DNA of 64,000 bases, taken from assembly GCF_964188315.1 (NCBI RefSeq), contig NC_135673.1:18352001-18416000 (forward strand). Direction: 5' to 3'. A program made the position numbers and the translations under genes. Each line of letters begins with the position of its first letter. Within the stretch, counting starts at the first letter, position 1. The stretch comes from Podarcis muralis (taxonomy: Eukaryota). Of the stretch, positions 60,314-64,000 are shown piece after piece. Under the pieces are notes generated by a model. That model searched no databases, was not told the origin of the DNA, and was given only the letters and a program-made list of their open reading frames with translations.

Positions 60314-61923
60314 GCAGCTTCCTATGTTCATCATCATCGCCATTATCAATATGTTCCTGTATAATTCAGCTCCTTATTGAGAACCATGACGACTTGCTTG
60401 TTCTTTTTAGGGGAAGGGCTACAGCTTGATGGAAGCACATCTGCTTTGCATCTCCTAGGTTCAATCCCAAAGGCAATTACAATGCAGCAATAATTTGTGT
60501 TGTCATGATTCAACACAAATCCAGCTGTTGAGGGGTGTCTGGGGTGTTGGGGAGGTGTAGTACCACTGGTGGGGGACATGCTGTGCTCCTTCCAGGTATA
60601 GTCTGTCCACCTTGGGTCCCCACCCTGCACTCAGCTCTCACCTGTGGCCCCTAGAAGCTGTCAGCATGCAACAGCAGCTTCAACTGGCCAGCTAAACCAG
60701 GCGAGGAACTTCCCCTGCATGTGAAGACAGCCTGCGGTGGACAAGACCAATAGTGGGTCCAATGGTCAAGAAGGTTTGAAGGGAGACCATTAGGAGAAGG
60801 AAAATTCTGATCTTATACCTTTGCTGCCTTGCGGGACATCTTCTGGGAAAGAGAAGACTAAGCAGTAAACCCTACACAATTCCAGAGTGAAGTCTGTGGG
60901 ACGGTTGGGTGGCACCTTGTATGCCTCCTTTGGGCAACTCCTTCAGCCTGGTGCCAAACATATAGCTCTGGCAACTACCAGGTGGCTTTAAGAGAGGATT
61001 GTGGAGGGAGACAAGACTATCAATGGCTACTTGACATGATGGCTATGCTCTACTGGAGGCAAGATGCCTCTGGACACCAGTTGCTGGCAATCACAAGCGG
61101 AGAGTTTCTGCTGTTGCGTTCCTGCTTGTGATCTTCCCATTGGAGGCATTTTGCTGACAACTGTGAAAAGACAACATTGGATGAGATGGGCCTTTGGTTC
61201 AATCAGCAGGACTCTGTCCATGGAGGACTACTGTGCTTGCAGGCCTTCCATCCCCAGGGGCAGTCTAGCTCAGAAGGGCAGTTGCCGGGAGGTACAGGTG
61301 GGGAGAGTTGCTGTTTCATTCGTGTCCTGCTTGGCGACTTCCCTTTGCAGTACCTGGTTGGCCACTTTGAGGACAGAAAGGTGGACTAGATGGGCCATTG
61401 GCCAGATCCAGCAGGCTCTTCTTGTCTTCTTAAGGTGGGTGGTGTAGATTTCCTGGGAAATTTTCATGTGCAAATTAGAGTGATTTGCATAGTGAATTTA
61501 TTGGGGTTACTAAACTTTAAGCTTACTGAGATCATCTGGTTGACTGTTGCTAGTTCTCTTGCAAGTTGCAGAGGCCAAGCTGGCCTCCATTAACATCACA
61601 GAATTGAAGAGTTGGAGGGAAACAGAGGGTCATCTAGTCCAAACTCCTGCAGTGTCAGGAGTTGGCCATTTATTTTCTCTGCTCCCATGTTGTGCAGAAC
61701 AGTCTTCCAGCAGAGATTCATCAGGCACCCTCACTTTTGACTTTCAGGCATCTTAGTTTTGTTCTGTTTTTATGCTGTCCTTTTATATTTTTTGTTGGGG
61801 AGGTCAGTCTGGATGATGCCCCAAGTCCCTTCTGATTCTGGGGGCCTGTGCCCAGTGAGGGTTAGAATCTAATGGAGGAGGTTGCTGAACAGGTCAGACA
61901 AGTTTCTTTGTAAGAACTTAGCT

Positions 61924-62552
61924 CAGAGGTTTTCAACCTTTTTGTGTCCATGGCTCCCTTGACCAACTACATTCTTTCTGCGGCTCCCCTGTGGGGAAAC
62001 ATGCTCTTAGCCTCAGAAGCTGTTATGCCACCCCTTGCCGGCAGCCCCTCACCCCCTTTTGAACACCCTCCCTTGTGTTCACTTGGCTTCCTCTCCTTTC
62101 CCCCCTACTTGGGAGTCTTCTGGGCAGCAGCTGCAGCCGCCCCAGTCTCAAAACCGCCAAAGGAGACTTGGCAACTGTGAATGTGAGGCTTGCACCTTAC
62201 TCACCTTGGGTGGCAGCAGTGGGCACCACCGGGCCTGCCTGCCAAGCCTCCCACTTGTCTGCCCATTCCCAACAGCCAGGGCTGACAGGCTGGCTGGCTG
62301 GGCTCCCTCACCCACTTGCTTGCTTACTCCAAGGCAGCCTCAACTCCTGGCCAGCCCCAGAGGCCCCATTCACCTGTGGAGCTTATAGCCAGGGCTGCTG
62401 CAGCAAACAGCCACACAAGTCTTTGGGAGGCAGAGGTGCAAGAGGGCATCAGAGGAGGAAGGGGAGGGACAGAGGGCAGTGTTGCCTGCGGCACCCCTGA
62501 CCATCATTCAAGGCACCCCAGGGTACCACGGCACACTGGTTGAAAATCCTTG
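61924..62552. mobile_element. hAT non-autonomous element
   Basis: cagaggttttcaacc / ggttgaaaatccttg termini. Confidence 0.6.
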
Positions 62553-62829
62553 CCTTTGCTGGCCACATACACATTCTCATCAGCATCCCCAAAGAATGAG
62601 CCAGGTTGCAAGAACTACAACTAAGCGATGGGGACCTCCAGACTAATGGGGGGGGGGGGAGTGAGCTTTCCTCCACCCCTTTCACCTACTTGCAAGGGGG
62701 AAACAAGAGCCAGAGAGGTGTGTTATGAGCTGAGCTGGAAGCAGCCTGGAAGCTGGAGACACAGAGACCTGCTTGCCCTGTGCTGGATCCAAAGCTATGA
62801 CTAATGGAAAAGCAAGATTTGTTGGTGCA

Positions 62830-62875
<46 letters not shown>

Positions 62876-63760
62876 GTACCCCACCTACTCTGGGTGGCTT
62901 CCAACAAAGATTAAAAACACATTAAAATGACACACATTAAAAACTTCCCTGAACAGGGCTGCCTTCAGATGTCTTCTAAATGTCAGGTAGTTGTTTATCT
63001 CTTTGACATCTGATGGGAGGGCGTTCCACAGGGCAGTGCCATTACCAAGAAGGCCCTCTGCCTGGTTCCCTGTAGCTTTGCTTCTCGCAGTGAGGGAACC
63101 GCCAGAAGGCCTTCAGCGCTGGACCACAGCGTCTGGGCAGAACGATGGGGGTGGAGACGCTCCTTCAGGTATTACTGGGCCAAGGCCATTTAGGGCTTTA
63201 AAGGTCAACACCAACACTTTGAATTGTGCTCGGAAACGTACTGAGAACCAATGTAGGTCTTTCAAGACCGGTGTTATGTGGTCTCGGCGGCCGCCCCCAG
63301 TCACCAGTCTAGCTGCCACATTCTGAATTAGTTGTAGTTTCCGGGTCACCTTCAAAGGTAGCCCCACATAGAGCGCATTGCAGTAGTCCAAGCGGGAGAT
63401 AACTAGAGCATGCACCACTCTGGCGAGAAAGTCCGCAGGCAGGTAGGGTCTCAGCCTGCGTACCAGATGGAGCTGGTAGACATCTGCCCTGGATACAGAA
63501 TTGACCTGTGCCTCCATGGACAGCTGTGAGTCCAAAATGACTCCTAGGCTTCACACCTGGTCCTTCAGGGGCACAGTTGCCCCATTCAGGACCAGGGAGT
63601 CCTCCACACCAGCCTGCCCCCTGTACCCCAAGAACAGTACTTCTGTCTTGTCAGGATTCAACCTCAATCCATTAGCCGCCATCCATCTTCCAACCACCTC
63701 CAGGCACTCACACAGGACCATCACCGCCTTCACTGGTTCTGGTAATGCTATGAGCCCCTC
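62830..63760 (-). mobile_element. L2 LINE 3' fragment, same family as 23272-24122
   Basis: WMAANGLRLNPDKTE...LDSQLSMEAQV...RLDYCNALYVGLP...; frameshifted; tail reads (TTA)n on + at 62830-62874. Confidence 0.92.
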
Positions 63761-64000
63761 CATCCTATGCTCAGGTTGTGCGTATGTGTAAAAAGAATCA
63801 CATATCCTGAAGACACCGCAGCGTCCACTGACCTTCATTCCAAGGAAACCAAACCCAGGGTCAAGCACTTGGAATCCCTGGAGTCTCCCACTATTTGGCG
63901 ATTGGGGTGGCATGTAACGATTTTTTCCTCAAGTAGCCAGTCGCTTTTCATGTGATTTTATTTGTTTAAAATGCTCCCGTTACCTGACCTCTCATTTCCT

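Overview
Vertebrate genomic DNA, not prokaryotic, and most likely a squamate (lacertid-type lizard) judging by the repeat families: Sauria SINE, Bov-B, CR1, L2, L1, Penelope-like, and hAT and mariner MITEs. Five protein-coding genes were rebuilt by hand with GT-AG junctions and consistent phases: PPP1R26 (+, single coding exon 2513-5917), PIERCE1/C9orf116 (-, 3 exons, 137 aa), MRPS2 (+, 4 exons, 270 aa), DIPK1B/FAM69B (-, 5 exons, 428 aa) and exon 1 of AGPAT2 (+). The order matches the human 9q34.3 region except for one rearrangement. Features the ORF track misses: (1) an H/ACA snoRNA of the SNORA17 family at 21051-21185, inside a probable spliced non-coding SNHG7-like host; (2) a Penelope-like insertion with a 12-bp TSD and two inverted, degenerate hammerhead ribozyme motifs; (3) a fossil hAT transposase split by an L2; (4) six acidic helical repeats plus an RVxF motif in PPP1R26; (5) an exact 49-bp local templated duplication; (6) an inverted composite repeat keeping octamer motifs; (7) a CpG-decayed TCTCGCGAGA array. 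Most short ORFs in the track are spurious (GC-rich, microsatellite, antisense or TE-derived). Gene and family names come from recalled sequence similarity; no database search was run. I cannot establish a wholly new biological system from sequence alone.
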